NCBI GenBank assembly: GCA_964643965.1
Contig: CAZXVH010000001.1
Coordinates: 54,980-118,979 of the forward strand
From: an uncultured Ardenticatenaceae bacterium
GTDB lineage: Bacteria > Chloroflexota > Anaerolineae > Promineifilales > Promineifilaceae
DNA: 64,000 nt
Direction of reading: 5' to 3'
Shown here: piece by piece, positions 31,006 to 39,806 of the stretch
How positions within the stretch are numbered: the stretch's first letter is position 1
How the letters are laid out: each line of letters starts with the position of its first letter
Notes under the pieces: generated by a model
What the model was told of the DNA's origin: nothing
The model's input: the letters and a program-made list of their open reading frames with translations, nothing else
Database searches by the model: none
Translations under genes and position numbers: made by a program

Positions 31006-31038
31006 TTGAGAGAACGTTGACAGAAGAAAGTTAAACTC

Positions 31039-31067
31039 AAAACCGCCCAACTGGGCGGTTTTTTTTT
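31039..31067 (+). terminator. Strong rho-independent terminator (possible attenuator)
   Basis: AAAA-CCGCCC-aact-GGGCGG followed by 9 T. Confidence 0.8.
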
Positions 31068-31278
31068 GCAGTTTACCATTTTGGCGCAAACCATGAGCAT
31101 ATTTACACGAACCATCACAAAAACCACAGATAAACAAGACGCCAACCCCGCTTCCGCTTGGGCAGCCATAGCCGCTCCCCTGTCTGTGATGTCCACCGCC
31201 CAAACAGCACAGAATCAACAGCACTCATCTCAGCGCCCGGTTCAGGTTACGGCCGCCCCCTTAAACTCGTTTACCCAA

Positions 31279-31308
31279 GCAGAAAACACGTCCATTTTCT
31301 GCTTTTTT
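31279..31308 (+). terminator. Second intrinsic terminator-like hairpin in the ilvB leader
   Basis: GCAGAAAA (31279-31286) / TTTTCTGC (31295-31302), then TTTTTT; about 205 nt before the ilvB start. Confidence 0.5.
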
Positions 31309-31513
31309 ATTCCTTCAAGGAAACCGCAGAGTGTAGCATTCCGGTTATCCGAAAACTTTCTGCAGTTTACCCAGGCCCCATATCATCCACAAAGCGTAAC
31401 TATACAGGTGGTTCTTGAGCTTGCCGAAAGGCTCAGCCCTCGTCTGGCTGGATAGTTACCACAAATCGACCTCAAGAGAACTTGAATTATGCTCACAAAG
31501 GAGGAGCAAGAAT

Positions 31514-33232
31514 ATGAGTGAACTAAAAACTGGTGGTCAAATTGTTTGGGAAAGCCTTATGAAAGAAGGCGTCGAAGTTGTATTCGGTTTGCCCGGTGGC
31601 GCAATTTTGCCGGCCTATGATGACCTGATGAAATATGAGTACCCCGTTCATCACGTCCTCGTCACCCATGAACAAGGCGCGTCTCACATGGCCGATGGCT
31701 ATGCCCGCGCCACCGGCCGCGTCGGCGTTTGCATCGCCACCTCTGGCCCAGGCGCTACCAACCTGATAACCGGTTTGGGCACTGCCTACATGGACTCTGT
31801 GCCATTGGTGGCTATCACCGGACAGGTGCCAAACTCCCTGTTGGGACGCGACGGCTTCCAGGAAGCAGACGTCCAAGGCGTCAGCCTGCCCGTCACCAAG
31901 CACAACTATCTCATCACCGACATCAAAGATTTGGCGGCGGCCATCAAAGAGGCGTTCTACATTGCCAGAACCGGCCGTCCCGGCCCCGTTCTCGTGGATG
32001 TTTGTAAAGATGTGCTGCAAGCTACCACTGAGTTTGAATACCCTGAGGATGTTTATCTGCCCGGGTACAAACCCAATTTAAATGCGCCGGATCCGGCCGC
32101 TGTCACCCGCGCCGCGAAACTGCTCAACGAAGCCAAAAAGCCGCTCATCGTCTCTGGACAAGGCGTCTCCATTGCCAAAGCCGAAAACGAGCTGCGCGAA
32201 CTGGCCGAGAAGGCCAACATCCCCGTGGCTACCAGCTTGCTCGGTATTGGCACCTTCCCGGCCACCCATCCGCTGGCCATCGCCTGGGGTGGGATGCACG
32301 GGGAAGCGTATACCAATTACGCCATGCAAGATTGCGATGTCATGCTCGCCGTTGGCGCTCGTTTGGATGACCGGCTGACCGGCGCCTTTGACTTGTTTGC
32401 CCCTAATGCCAAAATCATCCATGTCGATATTGACCCGTCTGAAATGGGAAAAAACATTACCATCGATACCCCCGTCATCGGCGATGCCCTGCTTACTTTA
32501 AGAGAGATGCTGCCCCAAGTCGAAGCTACTGAACATCCCGCCTGGCTGGCGCAAATTCAGGAATGGAAGGCTGAAACAAGTGACCGCGACATTTTGGCGC
32601 AGGAAACAGATGAACTCATCGCTCCTTACGTCATGCAGCAGATGTGGCACGCCACTGAGCAAGGAGACGCCGTCATCGTTTCTGATGTGGGTCAGCATCA
32701 GATGTGGGAAGCGCAATACTTCTACCACACCAAACCACGTAGTCTGCTAACCTCTGGAGGCGCGGGCACCATGGGCTATGCCCTACCCGCCGCCATCGGC
32801 GCCCAAATGGGCAGACCTGATGAGGAGGTATGGGTGGTGGTGGGGGATGGCGGTTTCCAAATGACGATGTCGGAACTGTCCACCGTCATGCAAGAACGGC
32901 TGCCCATCAAAATTGCCATTATCAACAATGGTTTCCTGGGCATGGTGCGCCAATGGCAGGATGTGTTTTACAACAAGCGACACTCCGGCACACCCCTGTT
33001 CAACCCGGACTTTGTGAAATTGGCGGAAGCGTATGGCATTCCAGCCATCGCCGTCACCCAAAAAGAAGAGGCGTATGCCGCCATCAAGAAAGCGCAAGAG
33101 CATGATGGCCCATTCTTGATCGACTTCCAGGTGGAAGAATTTACAAACGTATACCCCATGGTTACCCCCGGCAAGAGTAACGTCGATATGATTCGCCGTC
33201 CCATGCCGGCCGGAATGGAGGAGGAAGCATAA
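31514..33232 (+). CDS. ilvB: Acetolactate synthase large subunit
   Basis: Start moved to [15 protein letters not shown] (AAGGAGGAG RBS). TPP-binding GDGGFQM...NNG motif, FAD-binding middle domain. Confidence 0.9.
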   Translation: MSELKTGGQIVWESLMKEGVEVVFGLPGGAILPAYDDLMKYEYPVHHVLVTHEQGASHMADGYARATGRVGVCIATSGPGATNLITGLGTAYMDSVPLVAITGQVPNSLLGRDGFQEADVQGVSLPVTKHNYLITDIKDLAAAIKEAFYIARTGRPGPVLVDVCKDVLQATTEFEYPEDVYLPGYKPNLNAPDPAAVTRAAKLLNEAKKPLIVSGQGVSIAKAENELRELAEKANIPVATSLLGIGTFPATHPLAIAWGGMHGEAYTNYAMQDCDVMLAVGARLDDRLTGAFDLFAPNAKIIHVDIDPSEMGKNITIDTPVIGDALLTLREMLPQVEATEHPAWLAQIQEWKAETSDRDILAQETDELIAPYVMQQMWHATEQGDAVIVSDVGQHQMWEAQYFYHTKPRSLLTSGGAGTMGYALPAAIGAQMGRPDEEVWVVVGDGGFQMTMSELSTVMQERLPIKIAIINNGFLGMVRQWQDVFYNKRHSGTPLFNPDFVKLAEAYGIPAIAVTQKEEAYAAIKKAQEHDGPFLIDFQVEEFTNVYPMVTPGKSNVDMIRRPMPAGMEEEA

Positions 33233-33786
33233 TGAGTGACCAACAAATGAAACGCCACACCATGATTGCCTGGATGGAAGACAAACCCGGTGTCCTGAAC
33301 CGCGTCGCCAGTTTGTTCCGCCGTCGTAATTATAATATTGAAAGTTTGGCCGTAGGCCATAGCGAAACGGAGGGCATCAGCCGCATGACCTTTGTGGCGC
33401 GAGGCAGCGACCGCGAGATGAGCCAGATCAAAACGCAACTCGACAAGCTCATCAATGTCATTGACATCCAAGACGTGACCTATGAACCGGTTGTCATGCG
33501 GGAATTGGCGCTGATTAAGGTAAAAGCCAGCAATGGTAATCGCGCCCAGGTGATGCAGTTAGTTGACATTTATCGCGCCCGCGTCATTGACGTGGATCTC
33601 GATTCGCTTATCGTGCAAATCGTGGGACCGGAAGAGCGCGTGGCCTCGTTCATCAAGCTGCTCAGCAATTTCGGCATTGAAGAGATGACGCGCACCGGCC
33701 GTATTGCCATGGTTCGCGGCCCAAAAAGCGAGAAGCAAGTGGAAATGGAAGAAGCTGTTTTCGCAAGTAACGGACACGGACTGTAA
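33232..33786 (+). CDS. ilvN: Acetolactate synthase small (regulatory) subunit
   Basis: ACT domain HTMIAWMEDKPGVLNRVASLFRRRNYNIESLAV; TAATG overlap with ilvB. Confidence 0.9.
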   Translation: MSDQQMKRHTMIAWMEDKPGVLNRVASLFRRRNYNIESLAVGHSETEGISRMTFVARGSDREMSQIKTQLDKLINVIDIQDVTYEPVVMRELALIKVKASNGNRAQVMQLVDIYRARVIDVDLDSLIVQIVGPEERVASFIKLLSNFGIEEMTRTGRIAMVRGPKSEKQVEMEEAVFASNGHGL

Positions 33787-33787
33787 T

Positions 33788-33836
33788 CAGTGGACAGTGG
33801 ACAGTGGACAGTGGACAGTGGACAGTGGACAGTCGC
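33788..33836. repeat. Six perfect tandem CAGTGGA heptamers plus one degenerate unit
   Basis: Read directly, starts 2 nt after the ilvN stop. Confidence 0.95.
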
Positions 33837-33908
33837 TTATACGGTAAATTGTTCACTGTAAACTTATTTTTATAGAGGAGTTCCCCATCAGCGGGGCGCA
33901 CCACGATG

Positions 33909-34010
33909 AATGAAAATGGAGCGCAGGCGTCTCGCCTGCACTAATGAAAATGGAGCGCAGGCGTCTCGCCTGCACTAATGAAAATGGAGCGCAGGCGTCT
34001 CGCCTGCACT
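33909..34010. repeat. Three perfect tandem copies of a 34-bp unit, each with an internal hairpin
   Basis: AATGAAAATGGAGCGCAGGCGTCTCGCCTGCACT x3 (33909, 33943, 33977); each holds GCAGGCG-tct-CGCCTGC. Confidence 0.95.
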
Positions 34011-34035
34011 GGGCGGACAAGCTGTCCGCGCTCCC
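34011..34035 (+). repeat. REP-like palindrome copy 1 (GCGGACAAGCTGTCCGC-GCTCCC) just upstream of the ilvC RBS
   Basis: Same word as 35105-35126 and 39759-39787; GAGGAG RBS starts 7 nt later. Confidence 0.85.
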
Positions 34036-34054
34036 ATTTACGAGGAGAGTTAAA

Positions 34055-35059
34055 TTGGCTAACATTTTTTATGATCAAGATGCAGACCTGCGTTTATTGG
34101 AGGGCAAGACGGTTGCCATTATCGGTTATGGCAGCCAGGGACACGCCCATGCGCTGAATCTGCGAGATTCTGGCGTGAAGGTCGTTGTGGGTTTGTATGA
34201 AGGCAGTCCTTCCTGGGCTGTGGCGGAAGGGGAAGGGTTGACGGTGAAAACGGCCGCCGAAGCTGCTGCCGAAGCTGACATTATTATGATTTTGGCCCCG
34301 GATACCAGCCAGGCCAAAATTTACCGTGAAGACATCAAGCCGCATTTAACGGCCGGAAAAACATTGATGTTTGGGCATGGTTTTAATATTCGCTACGGCC
34401 AAATTGTGCCGCCGGCCGATGTAGATGTGAGTATGGTGGCGCCCAAAGCGCCCGGCCATCGAGTGCGTGAGGTGTTTGTGGATGGCGTGGGTACGCCTGG
34501 TTTGGTGGCGGTGCATCAAGACGCCAGCGGCAATGCTTTTGCTCTGGCGTTGGCTTATGCCAAAGGCATTGGCTGCACTAAAGCCGGCGCGTTGCAAACC
34601 ACCTTCACCGAGGAAACGGAAACGGATCTGTTTGGTGAACAAGCGGTTTTGTGCGGCGGCGTTAGCGCCCTCGTGGAAGCGGGTTTCAATACCCTCGTGG
34701 AAGCGGGCTATCAGCCAGAAATCGCTTATTTTGAATGTCTGCATGAGTTGAAGCTGATTGTGGACCTGATGTATCAGGGTGGCTTGAGCTATATGCGCTA
34801 CAGCATCAGTGACACGGCCGAACATGGCGACTACACGGCCGGACCGAAGATCGTCACGGAGCAGACCAGGGAAGCGATGCGCCAAATTTTGGCCGACATC
34901 CAATCAGGCGCTTATGCTGAAGGGTGGATTGATGAAAATGCAAACGGCCGTCCTACCTTCAACCAGGATCGTAAAGAAGCCCGCAGTAGTCAATTGGAAG
35001 ATGTGGGCAAGCAGCTGCGCTCGATGATGCCGTGGTTGAATGCCAGGGTGATTGAATAA
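34055..35059 (+). CDS. ilvC: Ketol-acid reductoisomerase
   Basis: TTG start (GAGGAG RBS 7 nt upstream) giving (M)[11 protein letters not shown]; Rossmann [15 protein letters not shown]. The upstream part of the ORF-track ORF runs through the repeats and is not coding. Confidence 0.9.
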   Translation: MANIFYDQDADLRLLEGKTVAIIGYGSQGHAHALNLRDSGVKVVVGLYEGSPSWAVAEGEGLTVKTAAEAAAEADIIMILAPDTSQAKIYREDIKPHLTAGKTLMFGHGFNIRYGQIVPPADVDVSMVAPKAPGHRVREVFVDGVGTPGLVAVHQDASGNAFALALAYAKGIGCTKAGALQTTFTEETETDLFGEQAVLCGGVSALVEAGFNTLVEAGYQPEIAYFECLHELKLIVDLMYQGGLSYMRYSISDTAEHGDYTAGPKIVTEQTREAMRQILADIQSGAYAEGWIDENANGRPTFNQDRKEARSSQLEDVGKQLRSMMPWLNARVIE

Positions 35060-35074
35060 ATATAACTGGAACCT

Positions 35075-35126
35075 GGGAGCGCCGACAGCTTGTGCGCAGT
35101 GGTGCGGACAAGCTGTCCGCGCTCCC
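35075..35126 (+). repeat. REP-like palindrome copy 2 (two variant 17-mers bracketed by GGGAGCGC/GCGCTCCC)
   Basis: GGGAGCGCCGACAGCTTGTGCGCAGTGGTGCGGACAAGCTGTCCGCGCTCCC; AAGGAG RBS 8 nt later. Confidence 0.85.
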
Positions 35127-35150
35127 AGGGTAAGAAGGAGCAAGTTGAAA

Positions 35151-36833
35151 ATGGATCAAAGCAGCGTACCCTCAAAAGATGATGACGTCGTTGTTATTTT
35201 TGATACGACTTTGCGTGATGGCGAACAATCCCCTGGCGCGACCTTAAATGTGGAGGAAAAGCTGGAGATCGCCCGGCAGCTTTCCCGCCTTGGCGTGGAT
35301 ATCTGCGAAGCCGGTTTTCCCATCGCCTCCCAGGGCGATTTCGACGCGGTGCGTCGTATCGCTGAGGAAGTAGGGCCGCTTACCGACGGACGAAAATCAG
35401 GCCAGCCGATGGTCATCGCCGGTCTGGCTCGCGCCAATAACGCCGATATTCTTCGCGCTTATGAGGCTGTTAAAGCCGCGCCCCGTCATCGCATCCACAC
35501 CTTTTTGGCAACCAGTGACATTCATTTGCAATTCAAGCTCAAGATGGATCGGGAAGAGTGCGTAGATCAGGTGATAACGGCCGTTACCTATGCCAAAAGC
35601 CTGTGCGATGATGTAGAATTCTCACCCGAAGACGCCGGGCGATCTGACCCGGACTTTCTGGTGCAAGTGCTGGGCGAGGCGATTAAAGCTGGCGCCACCA
35701 CCTTGAACATTCCTGATACGGTCGGTTACACCACACCAGAAGAATTTGGCTGGCTGATTAAATATTTGATCGAAAAGACGCCCCAGGCCGACAAGGCCGT
35801 GTGGTCGGTACATTGTCACAATGACCTGGGGCTGGCCACCGCCAACACCCTGGCTGGCGTACAAAATGGGGCGCGACAGGTAGAGGTAACACTCAACGGC
35901 ATCGGCGAACGCGCGGGCAACACCTCGTTGGAAGAAGTGGTGATGGCCATAGAAACCCGTCCCCAAACTTACAAGGTGCAAACCCATATTGACACCACCC
36001 AAATCACACGCACCAGCCGTATGGTCAGCGCCTATACCGGCATGGTGGTGCAGCCCAACAAAGCGATTGTAGGCGCCAATGCCTTTGCCCATGAAGCCGG
36101 TATTCATCAAGATGGCATGTTGAAAAACCAGCAGACATATGAAATCATGCGTCCAGAAACGGTGGGATTGACGGCTTCTAAATTAGTGATGGGCAAACAT
36201 TCAGGTCGCCATGCCTTCCGGGTGCGCTTAAAAGAGATGGGCTACGATGACCTGGGAGAAAGTGAATTGAACGCGGCCTTTAAGCGCTTCAAACATACGG
36301 CCGACAAGAAAAAAGTGGTCACAGACGCCGACATCGAAGCCATTATCGCCGATGAAATTTATCAGCCACCGGAAATCTGGAAGTTGAACCACATCCAGGT
36401 CTCGTGTGGCGACCATAGTATGCCCACCGCTTCGGTGAGTTTGACCGGTCCAGATGGGCGAGTTTATCAAGATGCAGCCTTAGGCACTGGCCCGGTGGAC
36501 GCCGTCTATGAAGCGGTCAACCGCATCGTGGGCGTCAACAACCGGCTGACGGAGTTTATGATCAACGCCGTCACGGAAGGGCTGGACGCCATCGCCGAAA
36601 CGACGATTCGTATTCAACCGATCACCGACGAAACTTATGGCTTTAATCCGCAAACGAATATGCCTTTCTCGCGCACCTACAGCGGTCACGGCGCCAGCAC
36701 CGACATCGTAGTGGCCAGCGCCCGCGCCTATATCAGCGCCTTGAACAAGATGTTGGCGGCGCAGGATGAGCAGTCGAACGAAGTGTCGGCGGCGCACAAA
36801 TTAACGAAAATAAAGTTTACAGATGGCAAATGA
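35151..36833 (+). CDS. leuA: 2-isopropylmalate synthase (long form with regulatory domain)
   Basis: Start moved to MDQSSVPS (AAGGAG RBS). [27 protein letters not shown]-terminal LeuA dimerisation/regulatory region. Confidence 0.9.
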   Translation: MDQSSVPSKDDDVVVIFDTTLRDGEQSPGATLNVEEKLEIARQLSRLGVDICEAGFPIASQGDFDAVRRIAEEVGPLTDGRKSGQPMVIAGLARANNADILRAYEAVKAAPRHRIHTFLATSDIHLQFKLKMDREECVDQVITAVTYAKSLCDDVEFSPEDAGRSDPDFLVQVLGEAIKAGATTLNIPDTVGYTTPEEFGWLIKYLIEKTPQADKAVWSVHCHNDLGLATANTLAGVQNGARQVEVTLNGIGERAGNTSLEEVVMAIETRPQTYKVQTHIDTTQITRTSRMVSAYTGMVVQPNKAIVGANAFAHEAGIHQDGMLKNQQTYEIMRPETVGLTASKLVMGKHSGRHAFRVRLKEMGYDDLGESELNAAFKRFKHTADKKKVVTDADIEAIIADEIYQPPEIWKLNHIQVSCGDHSMPTASVSLTGPDGRVYQDAALGTGPVDAVYEAVNRIVGVNNRLTEFMINAVTEGLDAIAETTIRIQPITDETYGFNPQTNMPFSRTYSGHGASTDIVVASARAYISALNKMLAAQDEQSNEVSAAHKLTKIKFTDGK

Positions 36834-37584
36834 TGACAAAGTTTGGCAAGGTGAAGTTCTTACGAAAACGTACCTGGAAGGAGTACGCAGCGCCATCCCC
36901 CTGGCCAATGAGCAAATCGACATCATGCTCCGTCTCATTCGCGCCTCTCAGTCCGAGGTCAACTGGGTGCTGGATTTGGGCTGTGGCGATGGCATATTGG
37001 GAACGGCCGTTCTCGACCAATATCCCCGCGCCCAAGCCATCTTCATCGACTTCTCCCAACCGATGCTCACCGCCGCCAAAAAACGCCTGGGCCACAATCC
37101 AAACGCCTACACCCTTCTCCAAGATTACGGTGAACGCGACTGGCTAGACAAGGTACAAAAACTTCACAACTCCCAATTCACAATTCATAATTCACAATTT
37201 GATGTGATTGTTTCCGGCTACTCCATCCACCACCAACCCGATGTACGCAAAAAAGAGCTGTACACCGAGCTTTTCAATCTGCTAAAGCCCGGTGGCATTT
37301 TCATCCACATCGAACACGTCTCGTCAGCCGATCCGTGGCTAGAAAAGCGCTTCCAGGAACTATTTGTAGACAAGCTCTACGCCCAGCAGCAGCAAAACGG
37401 CGCCGACAAAACCTGGGAACAAGTAGACCGCGAGTTTTACAGCCGCCCTGACAAAGTCGCCAATATCCTGGCCTCTGTCGAAGATCAATGCCGTTGGCTG
37501 CGCGAAATCGGCTACCAAAAAGTAGACATCTACCTGAAAATATTTGAACTGGCCGTCTTTGGCGGCGTGAAACCTAAAAGCTAG
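36823..37584 (+). CDS. Class I SAM-dependent methyltransferase embedded in the leu operon
   Basis: Motif [24 protein letters not shown]; start overlaps the leuA stop by 11 nt. Confidence 0.8.
   Translation: MANDDKVWQGEVLTKTYLEGVRSAIPLANEQIDIMLRLIRASQSEVNWVLDLGCGDGILGTAVLDQYPRAQAIFIDFSQPMLTAAKKRLGHNPNAYTLLQDYGERDWLDKVQKLHNSQFTIHNSQFDVIVSGYSIHHQPDVRKKELYTELFNLLKPGGIFIHIEHVSSADPWLEKRFQELFVDKLYAQQQQNGADKTWEQVDREFYSRPDKVANILASVEDQCRWLREIGYQKVDIYLKIFELAVFGGVKPKS
37161..37200. repeat. Heptamer-periodic tract inside the methyltransferase CDS
   Basis: ACTTCAC AACTCCC AATTCAC AATTCAT AATTCAC AATTT, translated as [13 protein letters not shown]. Confidence 0.7.
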
Positions 37585-37630
37585 AGCGAGAGCAAGAGGT
37601 TTTCCTCTCGCTCTCGCTCTTGCTCTCGCT
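37583..37630 (+). repeat. Hexamer-repeat hairpin (GAGCGA/GAGCAA arm, TTTT loop, CTCTCG/CTCTTG arm)
   Basis: AGAGCGAGAGCAAGAGG-tttt-CCTCTCGCTCTCGCTCTTGCTCTCGCT between the MTase stop and the leuC RBS. Confidence 0.85.
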
Positions 37631-37647
37631 TCAAAGTAGGAGAAACG

Positions 37648-39057
37648 ATGCAGAACCAACCCCAAACCATCATCGACAAAATCTGGGAAAACCACATTGT
37701 CGTCGATGAGCCGGGCAGCCCGGCCGTCTTGTACATTGACCTGCACCTCATCCATGAGGTGACCTCCCCACAAGCCTTCACTGGCCTGCGCGAACGAGGT
37801 TTGACCGTCAGACGGCCGTCGCAAATCCTGGCCACCATGGATCACAGTATTCCCACCACCCCACTCAACGTGCCAATCTCAGACATGATTGCTGCCAGGC
37901 AAATCGCCACGCTGGAGAAAAACTGCGCCGACTTCGGCATCAAACTGTTCGGTATGCACAGCCAGAATCGGGGCATCGTCCACGTCATCGGGCCAGAACA
38001 CGGCTTCACCCAGCCCGGCATGACCATCGTCTGCGGCGACAGCCACACCGCCACCCACGGCGCTTTTGGGGCGCTGGCCTTTGGCATTGGCACCAGCGAA
38101 GTCGAACATGTGCTGGCCACCCAATGTTTGTTACAAACCAAGCCCAAAACCTACGCCGTCAACGTGGAAGGCGAATTGAAACCAGGTGTTTCCGCCAAGG
38201 ACATCATCCTGGCGCTCATCGCCAAAATCGGCGTCGGCGGCGGCACCGGCCACGTTTTTGAATTCCGGGGTTCCGCCATCCGCGCTTTGGAGATGGAACA
38301 GCGCATGACCATTTGCAACATGAGCATCGAAGGGGGGGCGCGTGCCGGCCTCATCGCGCCTGACGAAAAAACCTTCGCCTACCTCAAAGGGCGTGACCAG
38401 GCGCCCAAAGGCCAGGCCTGGGATGAGGCCGTCGCTTTCTGGAAGACGCTGCCCAGCGATGAAGGGGCCGTCTATGACAAAGAAATCACCATCGACGCCA
38501 ACGCCCTGGAGCCAATGATCACCTACGGCACAAACCCTGGCCTGGGCGTCTGCATCACCGACCCCATTCCCGACCCCCAGAGCATCCCCGATGTCAGCGA
38601 ACGGCAGACGGTGGAGAAAGCGTTGGCCTACATGGGCTTGCAGCCAGGCGCTTCCCTGCTCGGCCAGAAACTGGATGTGGTTTTCATCGGCAGTTGCACC
38701 AATTCCCGCATCTCCGATTTGCGCCTGGCCGCCGAGGTGATGAAAGGCAAGAAGGTGAGCCACAGCACTCGCGTCATGGTGGTGCCGGGTTCACAGCAAG
38801 TGAAAAAGCAGGCTGAAGCGGAAGGGCTGGACGTTATCTTCAAGGAAGCGGGGGCCGAATGGCGCGAAGCGGGCTGCTCTATGTGTATCGCCATGAACGG
38901 CGACCAATTGCAACCCGGACAGTACGCCGTCAGCACCAGCAACCGTAACTTTGAAGGGCGCCAGGGCAAAGGCGGCCGCACCTTTTTAGCCAGTCCTCTC
39001 ACCGCCGCCGCCTCCGCCATCACCGGCGTGGTGACGGATGCGCGGACTTTAGAATAA
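37648..39057 (+). CDS. leuC: 3-isopropylmalate dehydratase large subunit
   Basis: 469 aa; aconitase-family Fe-S Cys motifs ([20 protein letters not shown]). Confidence 0.9.
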   Translation: MQNQPQTIIDKIWENHIVVDEPGSPAVLYIDLHLIHEVTSPQAFTGLRERGLTVRRPSQILATMDHSIPTTPLNVPISDMIAARQIATLEKNCADFGIKLFGMHSQNRGIVHVIGPEHGFTQPGMTIVCGDSHTATHGAFGALAFGIGTSEVEHVLATQCLLQTKPKTYAVNVEGELKPGVSAKDIILALIAKIGVGGGTGHVFEFRGSAIRALEMEQRMTICNMSIEGGARAGLIAPDEKTFAYLKGRDQAPKGQAWDEAVAFWKTLPSDEGAVYDKEITIDANALEPMITYGTNPGLGVCITDPIPDPQSIPDVSERQTVEKALAYMGLQPGASLLGQKLDVVFIGSCTNSRISDLRLAAEVMKGKKVSHSTRVMVVPGSQQVKKQAEAEGLDVIFKEAGAEWREAGCSMCIAMNGDQLQPGQYAVSTSNRNFEGRQGKGGRTFLASPLTAAASAITGVVTDARTLE

Positions 39058-39062
39058 AAACA

Positions 39063-39142
39063 AGTGAACAGTGGTCAGTGAACAGTGGTCAGTCTGGTTT
39101 TACTGCCCACTAACCACTGGCTACTGACCACTAACGCTGAGG
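39063..39142. repeat. Two opposed heptamer blocks (AGTGAAC/AGTGGTC x5, then CACTNNC-type x5-6)
   Basis: Read directly in the leuC-leuD gap; the two blocks are partly complementary. Confidence 0.8.
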
Positions 39143-39147
39143 TAAAC

Positions 39148-39756
39148 ATGGAAAAATTCACAACTCTAACCGGCCACATGGTGGCCATACCCACAGAAAA
39201 TATTGATACCGACCAGATCATTCCGGCGCAGTTTTTGAAGACCATCACCAAGAAAGGCTTGGGCGACAATTTGTTCTTCCACTGGCGCTACCACGAAGAT
39301 GGCACGCTCAATGCCGACTTTCCGCTGAACCAGCCGGAAGCGCAAGGGGCTGAAATTTTGCTGGCCGGCGATAACTTTGGCTGCGGTTCCAGCCGGGAAC
39401 ATGCGCCCTGGTCGCTGACAGATTTTGGCTTCCGCGCCATCATCAGCACCAGCTTCGCCGACATCTTCCGCAACAACTCGCTGAAGAACAGCTTGCTGCC
39501 GGTCATCGTCGATGAACACACCTACAAGCAGTTGGCTAGTTTGGTGGCGGAAGAACCGGAGAGCAGCGTCACGATCAATTTAGAAGACCAGACACTCACC
39601 TTGCCCGACGGCCGTTCTGTCACCTTCCCTATCGACGATTTCAGCAAAACCTGTATGCTCGAAGGACTCGACCAACTTGGCTACTTGCAAAAGCAAGAGG
39701 CCCACATCGCGGCCTACGAAGCGTCGCACCCAGCGCGGGTTGATGCGCTTAGTTAA
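39148..39756 (+). CDS. leuD: 3-isopropylmalate dehydratase small subunit
   Basis: Start moved to MEKFTTLTGH; ENIDTDQIIPAQFLK, GDNFGCGSSREHAPW. Confidence 0.9.
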   Translation: MEKFTTLTGHMVAIPTENIDTDQIIPAQFLKTITKKGLGDNLFFHWRYHEDGTLNADFPLNQPEAQGAEILLAGDNFGCGSSREHAPWSLTDFGFRAIISTSFADIFRNNSLKNSLLPVIVDEHTYKQLASLVAEEPESSVTINLEDQTLTLPDGRSVTFPIDDFSKTCMLEGLDQLGYLQKQEAHIAAYEASHPARVDALS

Positions 39757-39758
39757 CC

Positions 39759-39787
39759 GGGAGCGCGGACAAGCTGTCCGCGCTCCC
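39759..39787 (+). repeat. REP-like palindrome copy 3: perfect 13-bp stem with 3-nt loop
   Basis: GGGAGCGCGGACA-agc-TGTCCGCGCTCCC; GAAGGAG RBS of cimA starts 7 nt later. Confidence 0.9.
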
Positions 39788-39806
39788 AGGTATGAAGGAG
39801 AAGCTT

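Noticed and set aside
31066-31455. 129-aa plus-strand ORF (MSIFTRTITKTT...) in the ilvB leader, including a Thr/Ile-rich start reminiscent of thr leaders
   Set aside because: It has no RBS, it runs straight through a terminator hairpin, its composition is low-complexity, and it has no recognisable domain. I treat it as non-coding leader sequence.
31069-31513. T-box riboswitch upstream of ilvB
   Set aside because: I looked for the conserved T-box sequence (..GGGTGGTACCGCG..) and Stem I features. Only CAGGTGGTTCTTG at about 31403 resembles it, and no terminator follows. That is not enough to call a T-box.
33788-34010. Tandem repeat arrays (also 46766-47018 and 13991-14032) considered as possible CRISPR arrays
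   Set aside because: Units are 7-8 nt, or 34 nt repeated head-to-tail with no unique spacers. No cas genes are in the window.
33944-34054. N-terminal extensions given by the ORF track for ilvC (from 33944), leuA (35052), leuD (39085), ilvB (31415), thrB (19676), the UbiD-like gene (52662) and the hybrid kinase (26641)
   Set aside because: The extensions run through repeat arrays or the upstream gene. In all except the UbiD-like gene and the hybrid kinase they lack an RBS, whereas an internal start has a good Shine-Dalgarno. In every case the internal start gives the conserved family N-terminus.
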